Source: Owenia fusiformis
Lineage: Eukaryota
Assembly: GCA_903813345.2 (NCBI GenBank)
Contig: CAIIXF020000001.1
Coordinates: forward strand, 45,694,001 to 45,758,000
Length of the DNA: 64,000 bases
Direction of reading: 5' to 3'
How positions within the stretch are numbered: the first letter of the stretch is position 1; each line of letters opens with the position of its first letter. A model generated the notes under the pieces. The model had not been told where the DNA came from. It searched no databases and saw only the letters and a list, made by a program, of their open reading frames with translations. Made by a program: the position numbers and the translations under genes. Shown piece by piece: positions 13,351-25,579 of this stretch.

Positions 13351-16300
13351 CACAGGCTGATATCGAAAGATTTGTCCGCTGTGACGGAGCATGCTATTTT
13401 TCATAAAAAACACTGAGTTACTTCACGATTTATTTTTTAACTCATATCTTTCGTTATACCATACAAAATTACTTACTCCATGCAATGGATATATCATTTG
13501 CGGGTAACTTTCACTTCTGTTTGAAGTCCAATTACGCTTGGAAGAAATGCTATTGAAAATGGCGCCGGAGTATCATACTTCTAAATGTAACATTTCTTGT
13601 TTAACTTTCTAATGGCACGATATAGTGACACGATAATATTTACACATGGTTTCAGCATAACTATGAAGGTATAAATGAGATGTTGATGTATTTGGTCTTT
13701 TTAATTCTTTTGTAAAAAATAATGTTTAATTTGTTTGTCCGCTGTGACGGAGCAGTTGCAAATGTGAACTGTGAAAATGCTCCGTCACAGCGGACAAAAA
13801 ATATTAATATTATTTTTTATAAAAAAATTAAAAAGACCCAATGCATTAATATCTCATTAATACATTCAGAGATATGCTGAAAATATATGTTAATATTATC
13901 GTGTCACTATATCATGCCATTAAAAAGTTAAAAAAGAAATGGTTCATTTTAGAGTTTGATACTCTGGCGCCGTTTTCAATAGATTTTACTCCTAGCGTTA
14001 TTGGACTTCAAACAGTAGTGAAGGTTACACGCAAATGATATATTAGACAGGTTCCAATTTCAGAATATCTCAAGGGAAAGAGTTTTTGAGGCATTTTTTA
14101 GAAAAAGCAACAGACCCATTTTTTCTGGATCAGTTTTTCATGCTGATAAAGATATTAAAAGATGACAGCTCAACGGGGTGGTCACGACACTGCATTTTAG
14201 CGTTTTTACCCCCCTAGGAAATTATCTTAGGGGTACTATAATATTAGTTCATAACTCAAAGGATATATAAACTATTGTTCTGAGTTCTACAGCATACATT
14301 GTTAGTACAGAGATGAATACTATCCTAAAGTTATAGGTTGATATCTTTGTTGGTTTCGGAAAAATACAATTAATAAGAAAAAAATATGCAATTTTTGTCA
14401 TTTTTTTCTTGCTTATTTTATATTTGTAGCTTCAAGCAAAATATGATAACATTAACAGCTCAAAGTAGTATTCTAACAACATTCCCAAGCTATGTGTGAT
14501 ATTGTAATACATCTATTGTAGTGATGAAGTACTATTTTGTAATTTTAATATGACTTTATAGTGCCCTACCCCTGGTAAATAGAAGAAAGTTGGTGTGGTT
14601 TTCTTCTGGTTTTAACATTTTATTGACTTCTTAGTTGAAGATAAAATCAATTCTGTCAGTTAACCACGAGTAGCTTTACAATGGTTAACTATTCCCATTA
14701 ATAGAGGGTTGGGACCTCAAAAATACCAGAACTGTTAAGTGGCATCCTTGGGCATCCCTCTTCAGAGCATTTTCCTTATACTCCGATGAAATCTGCAGGA
14801 GATACTATAAGAAACCTATATATCTAAGATACTAATGAAGATACTGAATTCAAATTTTCAATTTTCAGGATTTGGTCCTGGTATGATAGGTAATCTGTAT
14901 GACAAAAATGACGAAAAGAAAAAACTCTGTTGCCATAGTAACAAGAATACCACACTATTTGTTTCCTGAGAAATGTGTTTTAAGAGGTTTTGTCAGTCTC
15001 TTCATATTTTTAATTCTAAATATGTCTACAATGTGGGATGATTAAAATTATGGTAAAGTAATCTTTTCTATTGTTCTCTAAAACAGAAGTTGCTATGGCG
15101 ACACATACCTGTAGATCATAGAAAAAATGCTGGGATGATCGCTTTATTTGTCAGGAAATTAAAATGGAAACTTAAAAATGAGTTTCTTCCCACAGAATAG
15201 CATTAATTTGGTAGACCATGGCTGACACGCACAAGAGAAAACGTTTATCAGTTCTATGTCATTTTGTTTTTTTTGTTTTTTTTATCGTGATCTGGGACAC
15301 CTAATGCCTAATCTTCTCCAACTGCAAAGGAAGGCAAGATTTTAATAATGAACATTCATATATCTCAACAAATATGGCCTAAGATTTGGACAATGATGAG
15401 GAAACTCTGAGGGAAAATTAGACGAAACATTAATGTGAGTGGTCCAAAAATAACACTAACATATTTTGGAAAAGTTATGCTCTCAGATGAATCAGTGCTC
15501 ATTTAAGGATAGTCTGAATCAGGTGAATTTTTTAACCTAATTGTAACCCTCCCCCAAAACCCCCAGATTTTGACGAAATTGTCGAAAAGTGGCAAACAAC
15601 ATTCATTAAAGTTGAATATGGCTATTTCGCTTCTATGTCATAAAGATATGATACGATCTCAGGTCAATCAATAAATTTCACAAGTGACACTCTATCTTAT
15701 GAAGAAAATACTATCGTATTTGAAGACATGTCAAAAATTTGGTGGAAATAAATTGTGTCACTCCTGATTTGACCTGCAAAGGTTCAAGTAAGCTATCACA
15801 ATCAATTTCAGACAGTTATATCTTTGATTATGACTATTTCCTGACCATGAAGACAGGTATACAGGGATAATAAAGTCAATCAGACTCGGAGATATTTCAC
15901 TAGCAATCAAGTATCAATATATTTTTTCAAAGTTGTTGACCTCATTTTCACCAAAAATGCAATCATTTTAACAATGTTTAATGCATTACTGTTCTTTATT
16001 TTAATGTATCAAATAGCTCTTGAAAGGAAAACTTAATTTCCCCTAAGATTAGTGTTCCCCATGTTATTTCCCCTTTGAAAAAATTCATGCTATCCATTGG
16101 TTTCAGTTCATTTTGGTCATCTAAATAAATGTCTTTAAAGTCCCTGGAGCAATCCACTTTTCCTCTTAGGAAATAGAACATGTCTCAAAGCATATTCTAA
16201 TCGTGCATTCAACAATATAATTAAAGGTTGCATCTTTGGTAAATCTAGGTCATCATTTTTAGTAAAAAGTATGTTGATTGGGCCATTCCCTTTAATATCC

Positions 16301-18976
16301 CTTAGGTCTGATTAATCATGATTATATTTACTTTTCTTGAAGATAATGAATAGATCTAAAAGATATACCCATGTTCATGGTCACAAAATATTCATAATTC
16401 AAGTTAGAATGGACCTTTTTCCATATAAATGAAAAATAGATGGCATCATGGGTATTGGTAGAGCTTGGGTAGGGCTAGAATATGTGACATGTAAATGTAT
16501 TGCCAGAGTCACTTAATTTCTTGATTTAAGAAGTAATTCCATTAGGATCAACTTAAAACATCATTGGAATGTAACTATATGATCTTATTGACATGTGGAT
16601 TGTGATTTCACATTAAAATTGTGATCCTTGTAAGAGTTAATGAACTTTTAAAGGTTTTTCAGCATTGTGTCAATGGGGATTTAGCCCCACCTTTTTTAGA
16701 CAACCAGAAAATCATTAGAATTTGAATAAAGGGGAATAACAGTGCAAATCAAAGTCGTTTTGATAGAGAATTACTCACAGAATTCAAATATGCCATCAGA
16801 TGGAAGAAAACGTTAGTTTTTAATGGTTAAAAATGCAGATCTCCTAAAATCTCATTAAAAAAGGATCATTGTCTGAAGTTGTTTGCGATAACCTACATGC
16901 TCCTTTATAACATTATTATGTAAATACTATCAAATGCTTTAGTCATGACAGTTGAAGTAAACTGAAGTCTCTTGGTATTTAAATGCAGAATCAGATCTAT
17001 GTAGAGTAAACAAAATTGAAAGCAACATGTACAGTTGACCTACCAATGTATTTCTTACAATCTCAAATATAATATCTCCCAAAAGATCCACAATATATTA
17101 TTAATTGGTAATGTTGTTTAAAATTCAAAGTGTAAAATGGGGGAAATGTTCAAATTCTCCCAAATAATAATAAATAAGTTACACTAAGTTATACAAGTGT
17201 GAGGCACCATCGCTGGGAAAGTTATCTTTGGTTAATAAAAAAGATTCTTAGCTACTTTTCTAACATCTGGCTGTGATGCATCATGGCTTAATGAGGACTC
17301 TGCTATATGGTCAGATGATGAGAACTAACAGTTTTACGGAACTTTTGCCATGTTTTGCACATTGTAAATGACCCTTCTGAATGGGTTGTAAAGGTATATA
17401 CCAGGAGGTATATATGGCTCAAATGACTTGTGCCCTAGTCCATGGGGCACTGTAGTACATTACTTGTGCATGATGACCACCATAGTCTAGTTGCTCAAAT
17501 GAGATCAATACTCCTATTCGCGATAAGAGTTCAGGTGGTAATTTACATAAATATCTCCCATGATGCATCGCTTTGGAAGGGACAAATTTTCATTGGCCCG
17601 CCGAACGAGTGATTACTCTGAACGTTTCTCAGCTTCTGATCTTCCATCAGCCCTCAAGCATAGTTATATAATCCAATCTATTCAATAATCAGAAAGATAA
17701 TCGGAGATTCAAAGTAACATTATTTATATTTTTCGATATTCGATGGCGTCTGAGCAATTTCTGGGATATCAGTGACGTCACTGGAATTGGACAGCATTTT
17801 TAACTACACATTACTTCGGATTTGGGGATTATAGCTCAAATTGCTTTGTCATATATCTTAATTACATACATACCTATCGTTTGTGCAAATGAAACTCTAC
17901 ATAAATGTTTAATAGAGCCGCAGTGCGGCATTGAAAATAGCACCCCTGTGTAATCCAATGGGAAAGAACCCGGATGTAGATGAAGTTGTACCATACATGA
18001 GAGCTCTTCAAACGAGAGGTTGCTAAACTGAACGAAATTAAACGTTATCGCGTATTGGTATATTGATGATTATAATGTTTAGACTTTATGTAAATGTCCT
18101 CTCTGGTATGTGATTACACTAGATTTCATTATGATACATGTACTAAATTGAAAACTTACATATAAAATATCTTAAGTCCTATATTCTAGTAATAAATGAA
18201 TTAGAATGTCACCTAACATTTGATGATGGTATGAATTTATTGATTTGGTGTCTATCAATACATGTTTCTAACTTAATGCTGCAAAATGATAAAATTCACC
18301 ACATCCACTTTCTTCAATTTTCCAGGGGTAGGGCACTATAAAGTCATATTAAAATTACAAAATAGTACTTCATAACTAAAATAGATGTATTACAATACCA
18401 CACATAGCTTGGAATGTTTTTAGAATACTACTATGAGCTGTTAAAGCTGTCATATTTTGCTTGAGGCTACAAATATAAAATTGGCAAGACAAAAATTGCG
18501 TATCTTTTTCCTGTTTATTGTATTTTTTCTGAGACCAATAAGGGTATCAACCTATAACTTTAGGATAGTATTCATATTTGTACTAGCAATGTATGGTGTA
18601 CAACTCAGAACAATAGCTCATATATCCTTTGAGTTATGAACTAGTTTCATAGTACCCCCAAGAATATTTTCCTAGGGGGGTAAAAATGCCATAATTCAGT
18701 GTCGTGACCACCCCGTTGAGCTGTCATCTTTTAATATCTTTATCAGCATGAAAAACTGATCGAGTAAAAATAGGTCTGTTGCTTTTTCTAAAAAATGCCT
18801 CAAAAACTTGAATTATTAGAATTGGAACCTGTCTATATCCATTGCATGGAGTAAGTAATTATCTTTGATATAACGAAACATATAGGTTAAAAAATAAATC
18901 GTGAAGCACTCTTAGTGTTTTTATGAAAAATAGCATGCTCCGTCACAGCGGACAAATCTTTCGATACCAGCCTGTG
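13351..18976. mobile_element. Transib-like foldback MITE (CAC ends, 5-bp TSD AAAAT) interrupted by an Academ element
   Basis: AAAAT|CACAGGCTGATATCGAAAGATTTGTCCGCTGTGACGGAGC ... GCTCCGTCACAGCGGACAAATCTTTCGATACCAGCCTGTG|AAAAT. About 830 bp and palindromic around 13765 once the insert is removed. Confidence 0.85.
14044..18835. mobile_element. Academ-type DNA transposon, non-autonomous or decayed, about 4.8 kb
   Basis: TAT|TAGACAGGTTCCAATT ... AATTGGAACCTGTCTA|TAT: TAG/CTA termini, 3-bp TSD and TIRs of about 550 bp. The opposite arm of the host palindrome shows the empty site cgcaaatgatatatccattgca. Confidence 0.85.
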
Positions 18977-19062
18977 AAAATGGATATAGAAGAAGAAGAA
19001 GTCATAATTCTGCATTTGTCACCCTACCCGGTGTTATAGTGAATCGCTTTGTGAATACTTAC

Positions 19063-19117
19063 TAGAATTGAGTCTTTGAGATTCTTCCGTATGGCAGATA
19101 TATGAGACAACCTCTCT
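19063..19117 (-). CDS. GNAS-like: G-protein alpha subunit (Gs-type), exon 3 (55 bp)
   Basis: ctttttag|AGAG...CTA|gtaagt; (Q)ERLSHISAIRKNLKDSIL; phase 2/0 joins exons 2 and 4 in frame. Confidence 0.85.
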
Positions 19118-19566
19118 CTAAAAAGTAAGCGATGTTAGTATTAACTGCTGCAAATAATAGTGTAGAAGATGAGAATGTATTTTAAATAACCTATGATGGA
19201 AAAAAGATTTCTTCATCTTAGAAATAACGCACATTTGCATATTTCTCTCAGTGTTCATTGTTTCTGAATAAAGAAATCAAGACGAGAAATAAGCTAGACC
19301 CTTGCAGCTTTAAAATCTAATGCTACCTACATGAATCTTGCGAAAGACATATTTGTCAACCTTTTTAGAATTTCACAATTTTTCTTATATTTTGACATGA
19401 TAGATAAAAACTGAACACCCATCCTTTTTCAAATTTTGATCCAACTAAACAGAAGTTTAATCTTTAAAGCCGATACTCAAGTATACTACCTTACATCTCC
19501 AAGTAGCCTTGAAACATTTCTAAGAAATTAAATCATATTTTCTATTTATAAGGTATTATATCTTAC

Positions 19567-19639
19567 TGTTCATTAAAGCCATTGATGTGAATGATTTTCA
19601 TTTGTTTTGTGATTGTACTTTTTCCAGATTCGCCAATAC
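19567..19639 (-). CDS. GNAS-like: G-protein alpha subunit (Gs-type), exon 2 (73 bp, P-loop)
   Basis: tctttcag|GT...CA|gtaaga; (G)[23 protein letters not shown] is the G-alpha G1 box. Confidence 0.92.
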
Positions 19640-19819
19640 CTGAAAGATAATGAAAAAACAGTTATAATACGCAAACATGAAATCAACTATCATTATTCTG
19701 CTTTATCATTAATACCTGGACCTTGTGTTTTTCTAATAAGCATAAATTTATAACAAAGCGTATGTAATTAGGAATTACACAGTTATACTCAGAATGAAAT
19801 CCTGTACTAAGGGATGATG

Positions 19820-19912
19820 TGACAGTCAGTTCACTCGAATGGGGATCGAACCCACGACCCATTACGGTCGAGACGACCCATTACGGACGAGAGTTCTACC
19901 ACAGTTACACGA
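19820..19912 (-). mobile_element. tRNA-derived SINE head
   Basis: On the minus strand, an A-box-like TGGTAGAAC and a B-box GGTTCGATCC, with an internal duplication (acgacccattacgg twice) that breaks a tRNA cloverleaf. Confidence 0.55.
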
Positions 19913-20567
19913 TCGGCTGTTTTATTGTTTAGTTGTTAAATCAAAGATTACTTTGTTATGAGAACCAATTATACCAGAAGATGTCTATTTATAGATAAGG
20001 CATGCACGTGCCACACTTGTTATATGGATCGTGACGAGTTACTTTGACTTAATTCAAGCACCTGCGTTTCAAAGAGTTACCCCCTACCCAGGAAATATGT
20101 ATCCGTAAATCTAACTTTAAAGTGAATTTCACGTTAGTATGTTTTATGGTCTCCACGTGTTACCCCCTACCCACGAAATCCATATTCGTTCCCCATCATA
20201 CCATCACACTTTTAAATCCCAACTGTTCACTCCCTCCCTACGAAATTTGTGTCTGGAAATCTTATCAATGTTCTACTCCATCCGGTCGCTTTTTGCATTT
20301 AATTTTCAAAGAGAATTTTCTTTGATGGTTTATGAGCACATTGAGAACGTAGATAGACAATTTATATCCCACTATTTAGAGTCAATTAAAAGCATAACCT
20401 TTAGAACTGAACTTTATCAAGGACCCCAATCAGCCAATGGAGTAATGGAAGGGAGTTAAGATTGGGGAATGGTCCAGCAAGAACTTATTTTTCCATTTTT
20501 ATTGATGGGGGGGGGGGGGTGTTGAATATGTTGCTTTGTGTTTTGGTCTAAACCTGATATACAGTAC

Positions 20568-20721
20568 CTAAGAGCAGCAATTTGAGAGTTTTCTCGTCCT
20601 TCTTCTTCTGTTCTTTTAGCGATATCTCAATCTCTCTGTTGATCTTTTTCTGCATCTTGATTTCATCGGGAGTAGTTCCATAATGAATATACTTCTCGGA
20701 GCTGCTTGGTCCACACCCCAT
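20568..20721 (-). CDS. GNAS-like: G-protein alpha subunit (Gs-type), exon 1
   Basis: ATG at 20721: MGCGPSSSEKYIHYGTTPDEIKMQKKINREIEISLKEQKKKDEKTLKLLLL(G), donor TAG|gtactg in phase 1. Typical G-alpha MGC start and KLLLLG. Confidence 0.9.
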
Positions 20722-20944
20722 TCTTCCCTTATTTTAGTGTCTGTATATGAGATATCCACTTCTTTCTTTACCCTGTGGCTAAGAAAGCTTCCGGGGAAAG
20801 CTTGGTCCTATTCTGCTATATCTTTACTTTTGACTATACTCATACGAGTTTATCACTTTATTGTGCTCCCACATCTGCAATGGCTTGTTGTGACTTAGTG
20901 ATTATGATAGTTCAACTTCTATAGCTTCTGACTTTGCTACTATA

Positions 20945-21646
20945 CAGGGTGGGAAAACGTCCACATTTTTCATTTTGGTTTAAATTCAATAAGAAAAACA
21001 GTTTAATAAAACTACATTCATGAGTAAAAACGTCAGAAGTCATGTTACTACAATAGCATCACTACCCGCATCACTATAAAGACATCAGGCCCGTAGCCAG
21101 GGGGGTTCGGGCGAACCCCCCCCCCTGGCCAAAATTTCTTTTAAAATCATGCAGTCTTTCACCATTCTGACTAATTTTTGAGTGATTTTTGGCCATATTT
21201 GCCAAAGTGAACCCCCCTAGAATTCTTTAGAAAAACGAACAGCAAAATTCTGGCTACGGGCCTGGACATATTTGATGAAACAATTTTATATGGCATTTAT
21301 ATGCCTCAAACGTATTCAATCAATCAGGTGCTTGGATATGCTCAAAATATTGTAATGAAACATTGTATACAGAACGTTTGGATCGAGACTAAAACGGTAC
21401 AATAAAAATGGTACAGTATCAAGGTTCGGAGGGAGAATTGTATACGAATGATGAAGGAATCTGGAGATCCTGGTATCAGATAAACTTTTTCATACAAATC
21501 CTCCTGAGAATTGAGCGACTATTGGAACAATAGCATAGTTGACCCATGTTTCCCCACAAAAATACTTTTCTAACTACATGTATTTATATAGTTAATTAAG
21601 ATATTGTTGCAAAACTAAAAACATGGATGCTTTGTGGCCCACCCTG
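20945..21646. mobile_element. Tc1/mariner-like MITE
   Basis: TA|CAGGGTGGG ... CCCACCCTG|TA, with further imperfect IR (cgtccacattttt / aaaaacatggatg). Confidence 0.7.
21086..21264. mobile_element. Short GC-rich MITE nested in the mariner MITE, 5-bp TSD GACAT
   Basis: GACAT|CAGGCCCGTAGCCAG ... CTGGCTACGGGCCTG|GACAT. Confidence 0.85.
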
Positions 21647-22618
21647 TATATACATGTATCTAATAGCCTCCACCTCTGAATAGTGTGTGACAATGCTAAT
21701 TAATTTTACCAATTTCCAATTCTGCTATAGTTCGTGACTATGCCAGGTCATATGTGACTTTTTTGCTTGCGACTATACTTGCATAATCCATTATCTAGCT
21801 CCCACATTAGGTTATCATTAAACTTTAGCGTCCGTAGCTAATTCCAACTTAACTTACACAATTACTTCTGTGTATATATTGTGTCCGTATAATATTATCC
21901 ATCCACTTATAAGTGCATCTGCAGAGCTCACATTTAGAACTATAATTCGAGGATGACTATTCTATGAATGCTTTTGGAATACTTTATAGTTCGATCTAAG
22001 TTGAGTCATCTATGTAAAAGCTTGTGTATATGTCGTCTAAAATAGTTATCTTGCTATAATTAGAAATCTTGTCACTGATACTATATATTAATATACAGCT
22101 TGGTTATCGTTTAACTTATTTTTTGACAAATGTACCTGTTTATTTAAGTTACAATCTAAGGTTATCAACCCAAACGCTTGCTGTACTCGCTTATCAACAA
22201 GGTGAACACTGAATATATGCTATGATTATCAAAGTTTAATGAAATATCGGTCCCTTTCTCCGTTTGCTTTATCGTTATGTATTGACAATATAATAATGTC
22301 TCAGATGCATTTCTCGTGTCTTAGGCTTGGTCTGCAGAACCTGCATTTAGTACACTGCATCACGTAAAATTGTAATGAATCCATTTTGTTTCATTTCGAT
22401 TTCATTAGCTTAGTATCCCGTATCCAATCCGTCTCTTTAGGTAAATTACGCTATCAGAACAGTAGTCGGGACAATTGCCACTCCACAGGAGGCGTATGCA
22501 TTATTTCAGCACATATCGATGGCTCTAGTATCTTTAAATTGATAAGGCTGTCACTTAAAGCTCATGTGCTATATTTCAAGACATCCATTTGTCATATCAG
22601 TGCTGGTTGTTAACTTAA

Positions 22619-23114
22619 AGTGTGCGCCAAAGTTTAAAACTGCGCAGGCGCACCGCTCTCGCTAAACTATATAAAGAGATTACCGGGTACACGATTCAGA
22701 GGTAAGCCAGGAAGGCGAACGATCTTCGTCTCATGATGATTTCCCATATAATCGTAACCAGGGAAGTTTCACCATTGAAATTGAAAATTACTATTAGATA
22801 TACTTTGTAGATGTTATTTATGAAGCTATTTAGTGTTTGCAACAATCAAATGGCTCATTTTGAACATATAAAAAGTATTTGTGTTTTGTTTCCCAGGGAA
22901 TTGTATTGTGTACACACATAAATAGTGTACATTATACAGTACTTGAATAGCCTGGTTTACATAATATTGAAGGGCATGCTGATTACATGCACACGAGTAC
23001 ATGAATGAAGGCCTAATATTGATATACGTAGCTTGCATACCTAAATAAAAAATAAACTCTTCTAATCCCCTAATGTAAACACGGCGGTATACGTAGCCCG
23101 ATTTATCGGAGACT
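22619..23114 (+). mobile_element. Kolobok-like TTAA-flanked element A (496 bp; solo long-direct-repeat-like)
   Basis: TTAA|AGTGTGCGCCAAA ... TTTATCGGAGACT|TTAA; colinear conserved blocks shared with 39328-40319. Confidence 0.7.
22641..22706 (+). promoter_or_regulatory. Candidate promoter module inside element A: NRF1-like site, TATA box, Inr-like TCAGA, GGTAAG
   Basis: TGCGCAGGCGCA 22641-22652; TATATAAA 22668-22675; TCAGA about 30 nt downstream; AG|GTAAG at 22702. NRF1-like site, TATA and GGTAAG recur in the same order in element B. Confidence 0.4.
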
Positions 23115-23237
23115 TTAACCTACATGTACTAGTGTATATTTTGACAGTCTAAAGAGTTAGGTCAATGTTAGACGTGCTCAAATTACTCGTAACTTGGGTT
23201 ATTTGTTGTTCGTAAAACAGCCATCAATCTTTTGAAT

Positions 23238-23915
23238 ATGACTACCCAGGAGAATGATACTTCGGAGTGTATTGGAGACGATCGTGCAACTGATGATGAC
23301 GTGAAGCGTGTAATTGAGGATTCGCCGGATGAACATAGTTCAGTGAAAGCAGAACATTGTGAGGAAGCAACGAATGAGCGTTCGATGTCTCCGCTACATG
23401 ACAATAAAGAAAATGCAATTAAGTCAGGGGATGAGGATTTGACAGATAACGCAAATGAAGGACGTATAGCACATGAACGTGAAGAAGATTGCGTTGATAC
23501 GATTCCTCCATATGATGAAGTTACATTGAATGCACTCACCCTGGGGTGCCTTTCGCACTTCCTCCCGGATGTACAAAAAGCGAAGTCAATTCTACATGAG
23601 CTGACTGAGAACCAACGAACGCTCCTGCTATCCATCACGCAAGAGAACAAACGTTGCCAAGACTGCGATTCTATGACTGAGCTCACCGTGATCATGGCAA
23701 AGTGTAAGCAATATCACTCGAAGTTGATTAACATAAAGAAGGACATGTTGATGTTGATAGAGAAGTCTATTAAGTTAAAGAAGCGCTCTATAAGGCTACA
23801 ACAACAAAAGCAAAAAGACGCCTTGCAACGGGAGCACCAGAGGGAGAAAGAACTGGAGAGGGAGCGACAGCTTATTGCAAAGCCAGCCAAGAAACATGCA
23901 TCTGCCATCATGTAA
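23238..23915 (+). CDS. BLOC1S6: BLOC-1 subunit 6 (pallidin), single coding exon, 225 aa
   Basis: The C-terminal LGCLSHFLPDVQKAKSILHELTENQ...YHSKLINIKKDMLML.EKSIKLKKRS.RLQQQKQK...EKELERERQLIAKPAK matches the pallidin coiled-coil. First ATG at 23238 (the ORF track starts at TTG 23232). AATAAA at 24484. Confidence 0.93.
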   Translation: MTTQENDTSECIGDDRATDDDVKRVIEDSPDEHSSVKAEHCEEATNERSMSPLHDNKENAIKSGDEDLTDNANEGRIAHEREEDCVDTIPPYDEVTLNALTLGCLSHFLPDVQKAKSILHELTENQRTLLLSITQENKRCQDCDSMTELTVIMAKCKQYHSKLINIKKDMLMLIEKSIKLKKRSIRLQQQKQKDALQREHQREKELERERQLIAKPAKKHASAIM

Positions 23916-24959
23916 CATAAGTTAAGCTGGTTAAGGCAAAATGCTAAAAAATCACATGGTCATAAAACACTTTGTTGAACTTTATGATGAGCCTTTGGAG
24001 TTCGTTAGATAAATAATAGATATTTGAGCTCAAATGGATTTTCATTTGAAACAAAACTTCGTATAGTATAAAGTTGACTATTATTGTTTTCGACAGGTCT
24101 TATGCAATGATTAATTGGCATTGATTCGCATTGCCCTGAAATCATCATGATTCTTTTTCCGCCTGTACATCCCAAGCCAGCAACCAGCCAGGCCAGAGTC
24201 TTGACTCTGGACCTCTGTGTTCACAGTATGGGGATGGAGTTCGGAGAGTGAGATGTCTTTAATGACACACATTTAAAAATCATTCTGTCTAGTTCAAAGT
24301 TCCAAAAATGGCATCAAATGACATCAACTTATCTAATTTTACTTCACATTGTTTCGTGTTTTCAGCAACCCTGTACTAAACCTCTGTCTGAATGCAGTGT
24401 TCAATTTCTGATGATGACTTGAATTGGAATCGATAAAAACCGGATAATCAGTAATACTTTGCAGCAAATAGGAATAATATAACAATAAATAGTGTATTAT
24501 TATTTTATTTTATTGTTTATGAATTTTTCATTGCAATCGCCGAGAGACATTTAAATATTATGTGTTCATGGCATTTAACGTTTTTTCTTTAATCCTGATA
24601 TTTATAGGGAATTGTCAATCTAATATTTATTTTACAACCCAACCGGAAAATTCTACCGACATTCTTTTAAACATGATTGAAAATGCATATCACTAGACAG
24701 AGTTCACTTGATAGAGATATGTGAATATATCGAAAATTCGTAATCTCAAACAATCTGTTTGTGAAACACTTCTTAACACAATACGACTAGACAGAATGGT
24801 ATTAAATAGAGAGTACTGTAGTCGAAGGAAGCTTACTACAGGGTGATCAAAAACAAGGCCATCGCTGTCATTTCAATAATTTGAACAAAAATTATTCTTG
24901 AAACTTTTTTTTATTTAATTTTTGGGTTTCAGAGAAGAAAAAACATGTTAAAGCAATTG

Positions 24960-25579
24960 TAAATAAGCCACACGGTGAACAGAATCGCACCCTTGAACAG
25001 AATACAGTTTTCGGGATGGAAAATTCAAAATGGCCACCTTAACATTTACCCAGACTGCCTAAAAACTAATCAGTTCTAAACTTTACATAGAAACATCTCT
25101 AAAAAATTTTAGGATGAATCCATGAAACCTGTAAACAACCCTCAAGAGACACGTTTTAAGCTATTACTTCACAGTGTATCAGCTTTTTTCTACGATTCAG
25201 ATCTTCCTGAAAAAATCCTGGTAAAACATATACTGATGTATTTCAAAATATGTGAAAATTGGAAAGATCGACCGTTTAGTTATTTCTAAAAAAATGTTTG
25301 AATTTAACATTGCTCTCAATGGGAAATTCTTTTTTATTTTTAAAACAATTGCCTTCACAGACACGATTTTAGGACGAAAAATCCAAAATGGCCGCCTTAA
25401 CATTTAACCAGAATGCCAAAAAACGAATCAGTTCTAAACTTTCATAGGTAGAAACATCCCTGAGAATTTCAAATGAATCCCTCAAACGGTTTGACTGGAA
25501 ACCTGTAAACAAAATCATTCGGGACGCCCGCCCGCCCGGCAAACTGATTACAATATAGCACCTTAGGGTGCGATAAAAA
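24960..25579. mobile_element. Helentron-associated (HINE-like) non-autonomous element
   Basis: Subterminal IR tcgcaccct (24985) / agggtgcga (25565), terminal hairpin gcaccttagggtgc, (GCCC)n microsatellite, and internal direct repeats with a period of about 360 bp. Confidence 0.55.

Noticed and set aside
19820..19912. Functional tRNA gene
   Set aside because: A/B boxes are present, but an internal duplication and the lack of a convincing acceptor stem favour a SINE head.
23183..23911. Minus-strand ORFs of 170 aa and 65 aa
   Set aside because: Antisense shadows of the BLOC1S6 CDS; Ser-rich with no recognisable domain.
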